A DNA stretch of 64,000 nt from a virus. Each line of letters opens with the position of its first letter. The stretch's first letter is position 1. Made by a program: the position numbers and the translations under genes. Below, one piece after another: positions 41,660 to 53,900 of the stretch. The stretch lies in IMG/VR virus record IMGVR_UViG_3300028844_006119, positions 1 through 64,000 of that record, one strand, 5' to 3'. A model generated the notes under the pieces. It saw nothing but the letters and a program-made list of their open reading frames with translations, searched no databases and was not told the DNA's origin.

Positions 41660-44600
41660 ATGGCAAACACGGATAGCCAGGCCCAGCAAATCAAAGATCT
41701 TCTCGTCGAGAAGATGGAGGCCTATGACCCTACGCTGAACACCGCGCAGGGAAGTGCATTCTACGCTCAAGTAGTTGCCCCGGTATTTTCTGCGATGGGG
41801 GTGGACCCCTTCGATACAGATATCGAGGAGTTTCTACTCACTCGGCTGCGCCAGGAGTTCCCTTCCATGCCTGCGGAGAAGGGGGACGCGGTAGTAGACC
41901 TCCTGATTCGCCCCCTCCAGCTGCTGCTGGAGAGCTTCAAGCGAGAGCTGCAGATCATCCGGGCCGGGCAGTCGGTCAACAATTCCGATGTGATGAGGCT
42001 AGCTGACGCGGAGGACTTGGCCGCTAACTTCTTCGTCACGCGAAGGACCGGAACGCGGGCCTCCGGGATTGTCCGTCTGTACTTCAATCAGCCTACATTT
42101 GTCTCGATCCTGGTGACCACCCAGTTTCGGACAGGTGAGGGGCTGGCCTTCTTCCCCAATATCCCGCAGTTTTTCCGCGCAGAAACGGTGTCGGTGCAGA
42201 GGAGTGGGGACCAGTACTACATCGACATTACGGTTGTCGCTGAGGACGAGGGGGAGGAGTACAACGTCGAGGCGAACACCATCACCTCGGTGTCAGGCAT
42301 TAACGGCATCTCCCGAGTAACTAACCTCTTCGAGTTTGGGGGAGGGAGCATTGCCGAGACTGGGCCAGAACTACTGTCCCGGACAAAGGCTTCCCTGACC
42401 GAAAGAAGCCTCAATACTCGTCGCGGCATCCGGGCTCGGATGTTCTCTGAGTTTACTGACATCCGAAACATGGAAGTTGTTGGGTACGGGGACCCGGAGA
42501 TGAAGAGGGACCGCATCACCGGTGGCGGAGGGATGGATAATGTCTGCTCGGGCATGTGCTTCATCGTTGGCCGGTACGCGATGCTGTTCACCATGTTCGA
42601 GGACCACGGAGTAGATGCTGACCGGTTCCTGAAGGACGGAGACACTCTGGATTTGAACTTCTGGAAGTTTTTGTATGCGCCAAGCAAAGAAAAGGCCATG
42701 CAGAGGTTTGCAGTAGAAAGTGTCATCTACAACTCCGCCGGGGACCTAGAGAACATCCCAACCGTGTATTTGGTGAAGCTGGACGATGCCCCGGACATGG
42801 ACGTACCGGTGGCCAGTGCGCTGCCTGGCGTCCTCCCAGGGGTGTTCTTTACTGGCTACTCCACGGCCACCATCACGATCTCCGGGATCCCGGGGGGAAT
42901 CACCAACCCGGACGACGAGGGCCGCATTTTGGTGGAGGACGGGGCCGTTCACATTGGCGGGCACTACGATGTGTACGTCAGGCCTTCTAGCTCAAATTCC
43001 GGCACGGCCAGCACCTCTATCGAGAGAGGGAAGTTTGCCCTTCATGAGGGGACAGACCTGGTGACCTCGGGAGAGATCTCTGCTCCGTTGCTGCTGACTG
43101 AGGGACATCTATCCAACAAAGTCCACGCCCGCCTTCGCTTGTTTATCGTACCGATCAGCGGCACCTTAGGAGAGGGAGAGGTCATCACGCAGTTTGATGG
43201 GTCTGGGGTCCTAGAGGACGACACCTCAGCTTACCTTCTCGACCTTGACCTGTCCGAGGGGTACGCAGACCTGGCGGCACTTACCTCCGACAATGAGTGG
43301 ACCGCAGGCCGGTACATCAAGGGTCGGACCAGTGGGGCCACCGCAAGAATCATTTCAATTTCGCAGACCCTCTGGAGTGACCTCGGAGTCACCCACGGTA
43401 TGACGCTCAACGTCATCAATGGCGCAGACGCCGGAGTCTACAAAATCCTGGATGTGCGTGGGATTGAGCTCGTACTAGACCTCGAGATGACAGTCCTGGG
43501 GCAGGGGTACCGGTATCGGATCACGGATGAGAGCAGCGTAGACGTATTCAACCCGCAGTTTCAGATCTTTCCGTTTGCGGAGGCTACCGCGAACGACCTG
43601 TCTACGGTCATTGGCACTCCCACGGTTCGGGTCTACCAGGATCTGAGCCTGTACGGAGTGGCCACTGGGCACATCCTAGAGATCCTGTCGGGAGACAACA
43701 AAGGCGAGTACACCATCCAGGGATTCGATGACATTCTGGGCCCACAGGCACCGATCTTAGATCGGGTTCTTCGCGCCACGGACTCTGACCTTGAGTACCG
43801 AATCTTCAAGGCAGGAGTCGGCCTCACTGCGCCGCTCATTAGGATCTCCCCCGGAGGAGTGGAAGCACTAGACGCCTCGGGGCAGAGCTCTGGGTTCGTT
43901 ATCCCTCCGTCGGAGTCTGTCGGAGCAGAAGCTCACGCCGCCTTCTCGGGAGCCAAGGCCGCTTATCTGGGGCTGAACGGGTTTGTTCTCCCGGACCCTG
44001 GCCCGACCTGGATGCCTTCGGCAAATACTGTCGTAGACATCGACACCATGGATCCCGCCACTCTGGCGTACATTGAGCAGTACTACGGAACCCCAGCAGA
44101 TTGCTATTCCCGGGGCTGCACAGAATACGAAGACTCCTACATTGCGGTCATCAACATCGTAGATATGCCTAACGGTAGCGGCGGACACGACATTCGAGTG
44201 CACCTGGACCTGGACCTGCCTACAGAAGCTACTGCATTTCTGCAGACCCTGCGTACCTGGTTGGTCAGCATTGTTGACAGCTTTGAGATGGGAGACGATT
44301 TCCGGTCCCTAATCGACCTTTTTGCTCCCGTGTCGTTGGATGCAGTAGATACGACATCCTGGAACATCATCGCGCAGTACGAGGTGTTGATTCCCCAGGA
44401 GATTTTTGACGGATGCAACAACGTCTTCGTGGCGATTCCTGAATACAACTGGGGCAACGAGTTCGGTAACGACGTCACGTTCCAGGACGCGATGGACAAG
44501 TACAACAACGGAGAGCTCAAGGGGGGCAAGCCCGCGCTGACTAAGGCGGCCCCGGGGAGCGCCCTGACGGTCCTATCGGGTGCAAATGCCGGGTCTTACG

Positions 44601-47600
44601 TCATCAACAAGGTGTACCGCTACTCGTTGGTGAACGGAGGAGCGATCAACACCGCAGGAACGGATGGATTTGCAGGGGCCGACTCCGACGACTACATCAA
44701 CAAGAACAAGATGTTCGAGATCGTGCTTGTCTGCATTGATGATGGCTTCCCAGTAGAGCCGTTTAAGGGCCTTGCTGAGTACTTTGACCTGCCAGCGTCT
44801 ACAGCTCTGGCACTTCCCGCCCCGCCAGCGTTCAATGTGCAGTCAATGGTCAGAACTGGGGCCGACGCAGGCACAGTTCTGGGCCCATGGGAAGTGGTCC
44901 AGCAGGCCATGACCTGGCTCTTCCAGTTCCTGACCTCCGCAGGGTTTGACGTTCCAGAAGAGTTCGTCGTCACGCCGGACTCGGTGCTAAAGAAGCTGAC
45001 CCAGACGTTCTTCGTGGACTACGTCGTAGGAGATACAACATGCGAGCAGATCACTCGTATGAAGTTCCTGGAGCCTACGTCTGTGACTGCGTATGGGAAC
45101 CGGCCCTGCTTTAACTACACCTGGTACGAGACGGACACCACTGCCGCGTCCATTACTTCGGGAGTCATCACCCTGCCGCTAGCAGGCCTTGATGGGGCGG
45201 AACTCGTCTTCTCTCTTGAGACCCTAGGCTCCAAGGAGCAGGTGTCGGCCACCCTGAGCACCTCCATCTCTACCGAGGAAGACCCGGCCACTTTTGTGTC
45301 TCTGCTTCAGAGCGAGATGGACGCCGATAGCGCCAAGCTTCTGTTCACCTATGAGCAGGTCGGGGATCACACGCTCACGTTGACAGTGACGAGCGTCCAG
45401 GAAGGCATTGACGTAAAAATCTCCGGGGATGCCGACCAGGCAACGGACGCTACTCGCCTCATTGGATTCAGCGAGGCGGGCGCAGACTTCACGGAGATTA
45501 CTCTCAACGACCCCGGAGTGGCATACACCCCCAAATCCGTACCGGAGAGGGGAGAACAGCAAGCGAAAGTAATATTCAGCCTCTTGGGGACCACGTACGG
45601 GGTGGCCTTCACCGGAGCCCTAAGCGACTTCGGATCCCCGGAAGTAGGGGACACGATCACAGACAACGCCGGGCAAGCGGTTAATATCGTGGGCATGGTG
45701 CAGTCCACCGATGACGGCAAAGTCCTGTTTCTGCATGACACCGCAGCTCTCGGAGTAGGGCCCTATGTGATCAACGCGGTATCCTACGCGGTATCCTCCC
45801 TTGTCCACTCCTCCATAAACGGAGGCAGCCTCACTATCGCGGCCGCAGCCACGGACGGGGTCGCGGATACCGGGGGACTGGCCAGCCAGCTCACTTCGGG
45901 GGAGTATGCGACACTGGCTTCCCTATCCCTGGGAGTCTCCTCTTCGGCGGTAGGCCAGAAAGCGATCATCGAGGCCTTCGGGACAGGTGAAGTCACCTCT
46001 TCGGCCAAAGCCTGGATCTTTGACGAGATTATGCGGGCCCCCGCATATGCTACGGAGTTCCCGTCTTACGACCTCGGGGATGCCGGGATCACCGTTTATT
46101 GGTCAGAAGACATTAGTGTGGCCTCGGCAGCTGTGGATTCGGGAACGGCCCTGTCCATGACAATTACGTGCGGAAATCTGCCCACATTGCTGTCCTCAGT
46201 GGTCATCGGGACTGCGTCCCTGGGGCCCGGGTACGCGTACTTCGGGTACTCCGCGTTTACCGTCAGTGGGTCGACGTCCACTGACCTGTTGACCTACTCG
46301 GACTATTCTTTTTACGGAGAAGTAGACGGCGCAGGCTGGGGCAGCTCTTTCGAGCCCTCTTCGGTGTCAGAGGTCGACGCCCTATTGGGGCTATTAAACG
46401 CGTCTGTCGGCAGCAGCTACGACGTAGAGACTATTGTTCAGTCCCTCAACGCCCACAGCACGATCCCCTTCTTGGACAGTGATGGCACTGCGCGGGCTGT
46501 CCTGTTCTACGTCCCGGTAGACTCCTCGGCCTTCCTGCAAGTTGGAGGGGAGAGCACCATAGGAGTTCGAGCTCTGAGCCCCCTGACTGCCGGGTTCGGG
46601 GTCACGATGGACTCTGTAACCATTCCCGCTGCTTCGTCGTTTGCAGGGGGGACTTCGGACTACCCAATCAGATCCGCAGGCACAAGTGCTACCGGGGAGT
46701 CTCACACGGTCTACATGCACCCGACAGCGCCCACTCTGTTCTCTGCTACGGCGGGGGCAGCGGAGCTGCTGTACGTAGCTACTGGGTCCGAAGCTCCGTT
46801 CCAGGTCTTCCCAGGAGAGACATCTTCCGGGAAGATTGCTCCCAAGGATCTGTACCGGGATCTAAACCTCTCTACCCATTACGCCGATGCGAAGACCTTT
46901 ACTGCGACTTTCTCGTCTGAGGGCTACGCATCTCCCCTGCTGGCAGGGGTTCGGACCGGGACAGACATTCTCAGGGTCTACGAGCAGAAGGTAAGCCTTG
47001 CAGTAGCCGGCTCGGGCGGCGAAGTTCTGCCTGAGAAGTTCGACCGTGTGGTAGCCGTACAGTCTACCTACGGGTCCTCCGTCATCAACCTGCCCACTCT
47101 CAACACAGGGGCCAACGAGTTCACCTTCTTGAGCGCGTCTTCGGACCTTGAGCGGGATGAGATCGTCCCGGGAGACATTCTGTTCATCGAGGAGGGAGAT
47201 GACCTAGGCGCATACATCGTCCAGTCTGTCTCTGACACGTCGATCACTCTCGACAGGGGCCTGACAACTACCACCGTGCAGATGTACAAGGCGGGCAACG
47301 ACGGAAGCATTGACTCCGGGACGGCATTTACAGACACCAATGCCCCGTTTACTGCGGATGATGTTGGAAGGCATCTGACTATCTTCTGCTCCAACTATGA
47401 GGGCGTAGACGGCAGCTACCAAATCACCGCCGTCACAGACAGCGCCACCGTTGAGCTCGATATCCCGGACGGGGCTTTCCCGGTCACGGAGACCGGAGTT
47501 CACTACGCCGTAGTCAAGGCTCCTATTGACGATCTAGGAGATTCGGACATCGAGGGGGCGACTGCGCTCCACGGTCTGGTGCCGATCCGGATCTACAACC

Positions 47601-48544
47601 ACATCCCCACAGAGTGGCGGGTGGCGTCCTATCACCCGACGGTTTCCCGGGCATCCTCTGATCTCATCTGCACCTATGCTGGAGCTAATTACCCCGCAGA
47701 TAACGCTCATATTCGGGACTTGAGCTACGGCCCGGTACGGGGCTATCTGCAGCCCTATGAGATTGTCCGAGAGAAGGTCGTCCACATCTCGTCCACAGCC
47801 ATGAAGGCCCAGGGAAGAGACAACGGCTTGTACTACTTTGACGTGCGGACAAAGTCCCTTGGAGGCGACTCCGTCTACAACATCCCAAAGGAGACGCCCC
47901 TTACGCCCATCTTCGGTACATATTCCGCCGAAGGCTACCGGATGGAGGTAGCGGACCCTCTGTTCTCTTACTCCCTGAAGGAGCGGGCAACTCTGCACTT
48001 CACATCCAGGTTCCTGCCGGCAGATCTCAATGATATTGAGGACAACAAGGTAAGCATTGAGGGGCTCTCAATGAATATCAAGCACGAGTACTCCGCCCTC
48101 GTCTCCTCAGTTCAGTCTCTGCTCCTGTCATCGGACAACCGGACACTATGCGCCGATCCTCTGGCTCGGCATTTCCTGCCCTCATACGTGTACTTCGACG
48201 TGTCCGCTTCAGGAGGCAACGCCTCTATGGGCAACGCGATTGCGAGCTATATCGACGGACTGGAGCCGGATGAGAGACTGGATGTGTCCATCTTTGAGAA
48301 GTACCTCCATCAGTATGAGGTCACCTCGTATTCCCATCCGCTGACTGTCCAGATCATCACATATGACTTGGACCGGAAGGCGGTGCTAACGAAGTCCCAC
48401 GATGGCATCGGAGGCAGAGAGGACGAGGCGGACTTTAATGGCAGCCACAGGACTACCTACTACATTCCTGGAGAGGTCCGGACAGATTCCGAAGAGACAG
48501 ATATTCCTGACGGAGAGCGCATCTACATCAAGGGGAGAAGCTAG
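41660..48544 (+). CDS. giant baseplate J-like (wedge) protein, 2294 aa
   Basis: RRTGTRASGIVRLYF..VVAEDEGEEYNVEANTIT..VTN..FGGG..ET..ELLSR J-like signature, followed by repeated beta domains. Confidence 0.8.
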   Translation: MANTDSQAQQIKDLLVEKMEAYDPTLNTAQGSAFYAQVVAPVFSAMGVDPFDTDIEEFLLTRLRQEFPSMPAEKGDAVVDLLIRPLQLLLESFKRELQIIRAGQSVNNSDVMRLADAEDLAANFFVTRRTGTRASGIVRLYFNQPTFVSILVTTQFRTGEGLAFFPNIPQFFRAETVSVQRSGDQYYIDITVVAEDEGEEYNVEANTITSVSGINGISRVTNLFEFGGGSIAETGPELLSRTKASLTERSLNTRRGIRARMFSEFTDIRNMEVVGYGDPEMKRDRITGGGGMDNVCSGMCFIVGRYAMLFTMFEDHGVDADRFLKDGDTLDLNFWKFLYAPSKEKAMQRFAVESVIYNSAGDLENIPTVYLVKLDDAPDMDVPVASALPGVLPGVFFTGYSTATITISGIPGGITNPDDEGRILVEDGAVHIGGHYDVYVRPSSSNSGTASTSIERGKFALHEGTDLVTSGEISAPLLLTEGHLSNKVHARLRLFIVPISGTLGEGEVITQFDGSGVLEDDTSAYLLDLDLSEGYADLAALTSDNEWTAGRYIKGRTSGATARIISISQTLWSDLGVTHGMTLNVINGADAGVYKILDVRGIELVLDLEMTVLGQGYRYRITDESSVDVFNPQFQIFPFAEATANDLSTVIGTPTVRVYQDLSLYGVATGHILEILSGDNKGEYTIQGFDDILGPQAPILDRVLRATDSDLEYRIFKAGVGLTAPLIRISPGGVEALDASGQSSGFVIPPSESVGAEAHAAFSGAKAAYLGLNGFVLPDPGPTWMPSANTVVDIDTMDPATLAYIEQYYGTPADCYSRGCTEYEDSYIAVINIVDMPNGSGGHDIRVHLDLDLPTEATAFLQTLRTWLVSIVDSFEMGDDFRSLIDLFAPVSLDAVDTTSWNIIAQYEVLIPQEIFDGCNNVFVAIPEYNWGNEFGNDVTFQDAMDKYNNGELKGGKPALTKAAPGSALTVLSGANAGSYVINKVYRYSLVNGGAINTAGTDGFAGADSDDYINKNKMFEIVLVCIDDGFPVEPFKGLAEYFDLPASTALALPAPPAFNVQSMVRTGADAGTVLGPWEVVQQAMTWLFQFLTSAGFDVPEEFVVTPDSVLKKLTQTFFVDYVVGDTTCEQITRMKFLEPTSVTAYGNRPCFNYTWYETDTTAASITSGVITLPLAGLDGAELVFSLETLGSKEQVSATLSTSISTEEDPATFVSLLQSEMDADSAKLLFTYEQVGDHTLTLTVTSVQEGIDVKISGDADQATDATRLIGFSEAGADFTEITLNDPGVAYTPKSVPERGEQQAKVIFSLLGTTYGVAFTGALSDFGSPEVGDTITDNAGQAVNIVGMVQSTDDGKVLFLHDTAALGVGPYVINAVSYAVSSLVHSSINGGSLTIAAAATDGVADTGGLASQLTSGEYATLASLSLGVSSSAVGQKAIIEAFGTGEVTSSAKAWIFDEIMRAPAYATEFPSYDLGDAGITVYWSEDISVASAAVDSGTALSMTITCGNLPTLLSSVVIGTASLGPGYAYFGYSAFTVSGSTSTDLLTYSDYSFYGEVDGAGWGSSFEPSSVSEVDALLGLLNASVGSSYDVETIVQSLNAHSTIPFLDSDGTARAVLFYVPVDSSAFLQVGGESTIGVRALSPLTAGFGVTMDSVTIPAASSFAGGTSDYPIRSAGTSATGESHTVYMHPTAPTLFSATAGAAELLYVATGSEAPFQVFPGETSSGKIAPKDLYRDLNLSTHYADAKTFTATFSSEGYASPLLAGVRTGTDILRVYEQKVSLAVAGSGGEVLPEKFDRVVAVQSTYGSSVINLPTLNTGANEFTFLSASSDLERDEIVPGDILFIEEGDDLGAYIVQSVSDTSITLDRGLTTTTVQMYKAGNDGSIDSGTAFTDTNAPFTADDVGRHLTIFCSNYEGVDGSYQITAVTDSATVELDIPDGAFPVTETGVHYAVVKAPIDDLGDSDIEGATALHGLVPIRIYNHIPTEWRVASYHPTVSRASSDLICTYAGANYPADNAHIRDLSYGPVRGYLQPYEIVREKVVHISSTAMKAQGRDNGLYYFDVRTKSLGGDSVYNIPKETPLTPIFGTYSAEGYRMEVADPLFSYSLKERATLHFTSRFLPADLNDIEDNKVSIEGLSMNIKHEYSALVSSVQSLLLSSDNRTLCADPLARHFLPSYVYFDVSASGGNASMGNAIASYIDGLEPDERLDVSIFEKYLHQYEVTSYSHPLTVQIITYDLDRKAVLTKSHDGIGGREDEADFNGSHRTTYYIPGEVRTDSEETDIPDGERIYIKGRS

Positions 48545-50943
48545 TGGCCTCCCCTTACGTAGAAAACCTCAAGCCTGGGGAGTCCGATACAGGAGTCAAC
48601 CCCGAGGGACTCCTGTATTTCGGAGTGCGTGACCTGGACTCGAGGATCAATCGGGCCTCGGTGAACAGCATAGCTACGTTCTCTAAGACTCAATATCTTC
48701 CTACGGCTATCCCCGGCAGCGTCAACACGTACTTTGATGTATTCAATGACGCCCTCCCAGAGTCACGCCCTGCTGGGACCGTGGAGAGGAGTATTGACGA
48801 AGAGGTCCCCTACGACTCCACCGGAGACACAGTCCTCGACAGTACGTACGGCCCCGTTCTCCTAGTCGAGAAGGCAGTGAATGGGGAAGCTACTGAGCGA
48901 GGGGTGCTATTCGTAGAGGCCGACATTTCCGAGACATCTCCGGTGGGCTGCGAGATTCAGGTAGGGATTCAGAGCTACACCCCGTCCTCCGCCGACTACT
49001 TCGCCGATGCTACATACACGGGAGTCGTTGCGGGCTTTGTGTACTGGCCGCTGAATACTGGCGTCTTCGTCTTCTTTAAGGACGACGGAGGAACTCTGAA
49101 GATCGAGGTCGCAGGGCCGGCGCAGGATGGAGCAGGGACCCGGCTGGTGTCTACAACCACAGACTACGACTGGTCCACAAACCTGCACGCTCCCGACAGC
49201 ATCCGAGTGGTCCTGGACCCCACCAGCAGGCTCTCGAAGGTGTTCGTGTTCATCACCTCAGAGTCCGACGGTACCTACTCCGAGACTCTCCTGTTCGAGT
49301 CCACTCTTGAGGCGCTGGGCACTCTCCAGGCGGCGGCTCGGATCGGAAATTACTACGCAGAGGCTCCCCCCAATAAGGTCGTAGCATTCGCGGGCATCGA
49401 CTCCGGCCTGGTGGCGGACTTCGTGGAGATCCACAACATCAATGTCGAGGGGTACGGACTGTTCCTTCTTGGGGCTGGGTCGTCAGTTCCCACGTCCGTT
49501 GCGTCTCGCAGGCCCTCAGACTCCACAGTCGTCTCTGTCTACTCCGATACCCCGGAGTGGGACAGAGAGGAAGTCCTAGGTAGCGTCACAGAAACCGATA
49601 CAGCGTTCACCATCGAGAACTCAGATGCGGGCAACGCGGGCATCTACAAGGAGGACTCGGACCTCAGAAATGAGAGATTCCTGGTGGTCATGCAGGGCTC
49701 TGTGCGCTCATCTGTGCATGAGGGGTCCTTCAGTACTGGGGCGGGGATCGATATCGACGACGGGTCCAACGTGACCGCGATTCGATTTCTAGACGACTTC
49801 TCTACCTACCGGATCGGGCTGTGGGCTGTGCCGGGCTCAGACCTAAACAACACCAACAACTTCTCCGCAGTAGACAGTAGCTGGAATGAGACCACCCCTG
49901 AGGTCCTGGTGATTGCCGACGCGGCCCAGGGGTTCTGCAATGTCTGGGTCTCTGAGGACCCGGCCGTGGCAGTCTCGTCTCTGGATACTGTCTCGATAGC
50001 GCAGGCGTACTCTACGCAAGGGCCTAAGTACTCCGGCTTACCGAAGATGGGTGTGGGATTTGTAGACTCCGACGCTACTACTTTGGCCCACACGGGGTCA
50101 TTTACCCTCTCCAAGCTATTTGTTCTCCCGAACTTCCGGGCGTTTGTCCCTCATCTCCCTTCCGCCGTAGGAAATCTTCCTAGCAGCTCGGGATCTTGGA
50201 GCTCGTGGAGTGCTTACGGGTCAGCTACTCCAGGAGATTTCAGCACCGCCGTGGACGTCACTGATCCGGTCTGGGCCATCGTCCCTACTTCCCCTTCGAG
50301 CTACGACTACTACTCCATGCTCCTAACCGACTCCACCTACCTGGCAGGGGAGAGCGGGATCTCGGTCGTCGCCAAGATCCAGGTCAAAACATGGACCGAC
50401 CAGTTCGGGGCCGTGGACTCTATCCGAGTGCCTACGTGTGGGATCATTGCCATAGACGTGGGAGAGGGGCTATTCCTCCAACTACAGTGCCTCCTCTCCG
50501 ATACAGGAGAAAAATACATTTTCGTGTCAGAGGATGCCCAGGACTATGTGGAGGTCCTGAACCAAACAGAAGCAGGCCAGAAGATCTCTGCGCTAGTAGA
50601 CTTCGCGGAGCCCCACACCTATCTGGTGTCTTATCGCCCCGGCTACGGAGTTCAGGTGTTTGTAGACTTCGCCTCAGTCCCCGCTATCTCCTTGGCCTGG
50701 TCTGAGGAGTCGGCAGTCAAGAGATCAAGCGATTACCTATCTGCCGGGCAGACCGCGTCCGTGGGTGTGATCCCGTACTCGACCTCGGGGGAATCCGCCG
50801 AGCTGGAGATCGGAATTATCGGTGTATCTGTGGGCAGCGGCTTTGACTTCGCCACGAGGATGGTCGTCGAGGATGAGATACTGGAGTCGAGCATCTACGG
50901 AGCGGAAGCGAACATCTTCGTAGACGTCTCGGATGAGGACTAA
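48544..50943 (+). CDS. acidic beta-rich structural protein (lectin/beta-sandwich-like), 799 aa
   Basis: S/T/D-rich beta pattern; N-terminal PYVENLKP..TGV Ig-like start. Confidence 0.65.
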   Translation: MASPYVENLKPGESDTGVNPEGLLYFGVRDLDSRINRASVNSIATFSKTQYLPTAIPGSVNTYFDVFNDALPESRPAGTVERSIDEEVPYDSTGDTVLDSTYGPVLLVEKAVNGEATERGVLFVEADISETSPVGCEIQVGIQSYTPSSADYFADATYTGVVAGFVYWPLNTGVFVFFKDDGGTLKIEVAGPAQDGAGTRLVSTTTDYDWSTNLHAPDSIRVVLDPTSRLSKVFVFITSESDGTYSETLLFESTLEALGTLQAAARIGNYYAEAPPNKVVAFAGIDSGLVADFVEIHNINVEGYGLFLLGAGSSVPTSVASRRPSDSTVVSVYSDTPEWDREEVLGSVTETDTAFTIENSDAGNAGIYKEDSDLRNERFLVVMQGSVRSSVHEGSFSTGAGIDIDDGSNVTAIRFLDDFSTYRIGLWAVPGSDLNNTNNFSAVDSSWNETTPEVLVIADAAQGFCNVWVSEDPAVAVSSLDTVSIAQAYSTQGPKYSGLPKMGVGFVDSDATTLAHTGSFTLSKLFVLPNFRAFVPHLPSAVGNLPSSSGSWSSWSAYGSATPGDFSTAVDVTDPVWAIVPTSPSSYDYYSMLLTDSTYLAGESGISVVAKIQVKTWTDQFGAVDSIRVPTCGIIAIDVGEGLFLQLQCLLSDTGEKYIFVSEDAQDYVEVLNQTEAGQKISALVDFAEPHTYLVSYRPGYGVQVFVDFASVPAISLAWSEESAVKRSSDYLSAGQTASVGVIPYSTSGESAELEIGIIGVSVGSGFDFATRMVVEDEILESSIYGAEANIFVDVSDED

Positions 50944-53900
50944 TGCCCAGTAGAACTACCAGTACCCACCGCTTCAGCGTACAGCCGCTTACTCATCGGC
51001 CGGTGGGGGATGTTACTCCCGCAGAAGCTACGGGGATCATTGGCTCGTCCCAGATCTTCAGCGCGGCGGGGTCTACTGTCGGCGGGCAGCATCTAGAGGG
51101 CATGACGTTCGCGTGGACGGTCTCATCTCCCGAGGGATCCGCTGTAGAGAGTGTGGTTTTCGTGGAGAGCAACGGCTCTCAGGTTCGTCTGGACGCAGAC
51201 GTGACAGGCACCTATGTCCTGACCATGACCCCCACGTACGAGGGGGTCTCAGGGGACGTCGTTACGGCGCCGGCCTTCTTCTCTCCCATCATTGTCCCCG
51301 CGGTGAAGCGTCTGGCGCCTGACGGGAACTTCATGTTCACCGTTCTGTCCGACTTCTGGTCCCTGGTCAACGATAGGCAGGCGTTCCCTGTGCTGTGGTC
51401 GGGCTACACCCAGATAGTGGCCTCCGACTTCCTGCGGGCCCTTCAGGTCGATAGATCTAAGTCTATTGCGACAATTCAGGCCCTCTTCCAGAAGAGACAC
51501 ATCCCGATTTTCCCCAGGATGGACATAGATTCTTCTGACTTGGACATGTTTCTCGGAAACCACCAAAGTGGGAGCTCGGCGTTTACCGGCAACGTCACTT
51601 TCGTGGACAAGGGGATCTTGGTTTCTCCGACAGAGTTCCTGCTTCTGAACACCGCGACCTCGTCGGCCGTGGGAACGAGCATCAGTCTCTACTCCGGTGC
51701 AAACGCAGGGGAGTACCTGATCAGCAGGCTTAACCCGTCGGAGTCGGGGTACATAGTCTCCGAAGCCTCGCCGTTCCCGGACTACAGATCTACTATCTCG
51801 GTATCGGGCGTGGACCTGGTATCCACGGGGTCGGACACGGTATACGCGACCTCTACCGATTTTGCGGCTGCGGGGGCAGTAGCGGGAGATGTTTTACGTA
51901 TCAAGAGCGGACTTAACGCGGGGTACCATAGGCTCACCGCAGTAGGGACGGCTGACGGACTCTCCAACAACAAGACCCTCCAGCTTGCCGCCCCGATCTC
52001 TGCTGGCTCGAACATGCAGTTCGATGTGTTTACGGCCACTCGAGCGTCGTATCTGAAGTCCGAGGCTGCCACTACGAATACCGTATACATTCCCAGGTCC
52101 GACGCGGACTTGGACGCCTACGCGGTAGCGGCCCTGACCTCGACGGGAGGAGAGATCGTCTCCGACTACGAGATCCTGGTCAGCCAGCGGCATTTGATCG
52201 ATTCGGCTCTGGGAAGCCGGATACTCATCAAGACAGGATCCCTTAGCGGGAACTACTTTACTGTCTCATCGTTCAATCCGTCCAGGACAGGATTTATCGT
52301 CTCAGACCCGTTCTCCGGTGACTCATACCCAGAGCCGGTGACCTACGAAATTTCGGTTTCGGCGTCCATCCAGGATCGACTCCTTGTCCTGGACGGGGTG
52401 GGCCACGACATTGCATCGTATGCGCTGCTTGAGGGGCTCCCTACGGAGAGCGAAGGAGGCCGAGGAGACCTCTGGGCAATTACACTGAAGGACCCCACGG
52501 CCCCATCTAGGCGAGAAGGGCTGGAGTGGCGCATTGGTTCCACTATCTTGCTAAATAGCATTGACCATCTGGAGAGTTACGGAGTCAGCGCCGGAGACCA
52601 GATCGTCTTTGAGATCGAACGTGTGGATCTCCAGAAGTCGGCCTTCCTGTACTGCACCGTAACCGGGGTACGGGACGGGCAGGTGTCCTTTGAGCTGGGG
52701 ACCTCCCCCCTAAGCAGCGGGACAGCAGGACAACCGGATCCCGGGAATGTCGAAGAGATCTTTAGCGAGCTATCGGTTCCGTCGGTGGCACTCTCAGACG
52801 CTACGGGCGCTCCGATCTACACATCTAGTGCCCTGGAGGTCTACAGCTTCCTGACGGGATCCAGCTTCTCATCCAAGTTCTTTAATCTGCCCCTGGACGC
52901 GGAAACGCAGATTGACATAGACGAGTTCTTCTCCGTGAGACTCATTCCGCGGTACATAGTTCGGAATACGGCCATTGGGCTGGACCCTGAGGGCGACTTC
53001 GAAGACAGTCCGATATTCTCTGTCCCGGCCTTGGTGGAGTATATAACCCCGGAATCCGTAGACTCCACGGAAAGTGGCTACTTGCTGGTGGCCAAGGACG
53101 GTACCCAAAAAGACCTGAGTACTTTGCCCGTAAAGTTGACGGAGAATTCAGACTTCACGGTATCGGCGAACTCCGTAAAAGGCAGCACCGCAAGCATCCA
53201 GGCAGGAGTGGCTACTATTGTCCTGTCTGATGTGGACCTAGTGGCCCTAGACATCCGAGTGGGGGACTCAATAGAGCTCTTGAGTGGGATCAGTCAGGGC
53301 GTCTACTCCATCGCCGCTATCGTATCCAGGTCGTCCCTGAGAGTCGGGGCCCGGCTCTCCGATAGCTCCCTGCCGGTGTCTACAGAGACGTCGGTCTCGT
53401 TTACGATTGCTCGGCAGACTTCTGGGGTGTTCCTTAGATTCACTGAGCCGTACCTCACCGCCTCTCCGGCCCCAGAGAAGCTGTGGGCTCCTATGATCTT
53501 GGTAGATAACTTCAAGTACATCGAGGACAACTTTGGGGTTCTTGTAGGCGTGTCTCGGCAGGACATCGACCAGTACGGGACTACCCAACTGTCCTACAAG
53601 TCTGCAGTACGGGGACTGATGTACAGCTGGGCTACGGGGCCCACGTTCAGGTCTGCGGAGATTGGGGCACACATCCTCCTGGACGCCCCAGTATCGGAGG
53701 TCCTGGGGGAGGTCGTCGAGGTCAATGACGACTATGCCGGCAGCAGAGGCAGGATCGTCATTGAAGATCTTGCGGATGATGGGGAGACGGGGAAGGGGAT
53801 TCTTAGGACCTACCTCTACCCAAATCGGGACGAGTTCAACTTCGAGGGGTTCTACGGCTTGGGATTAAACCCCGAGACGGGAGATCCGTTTAAGTCCGGA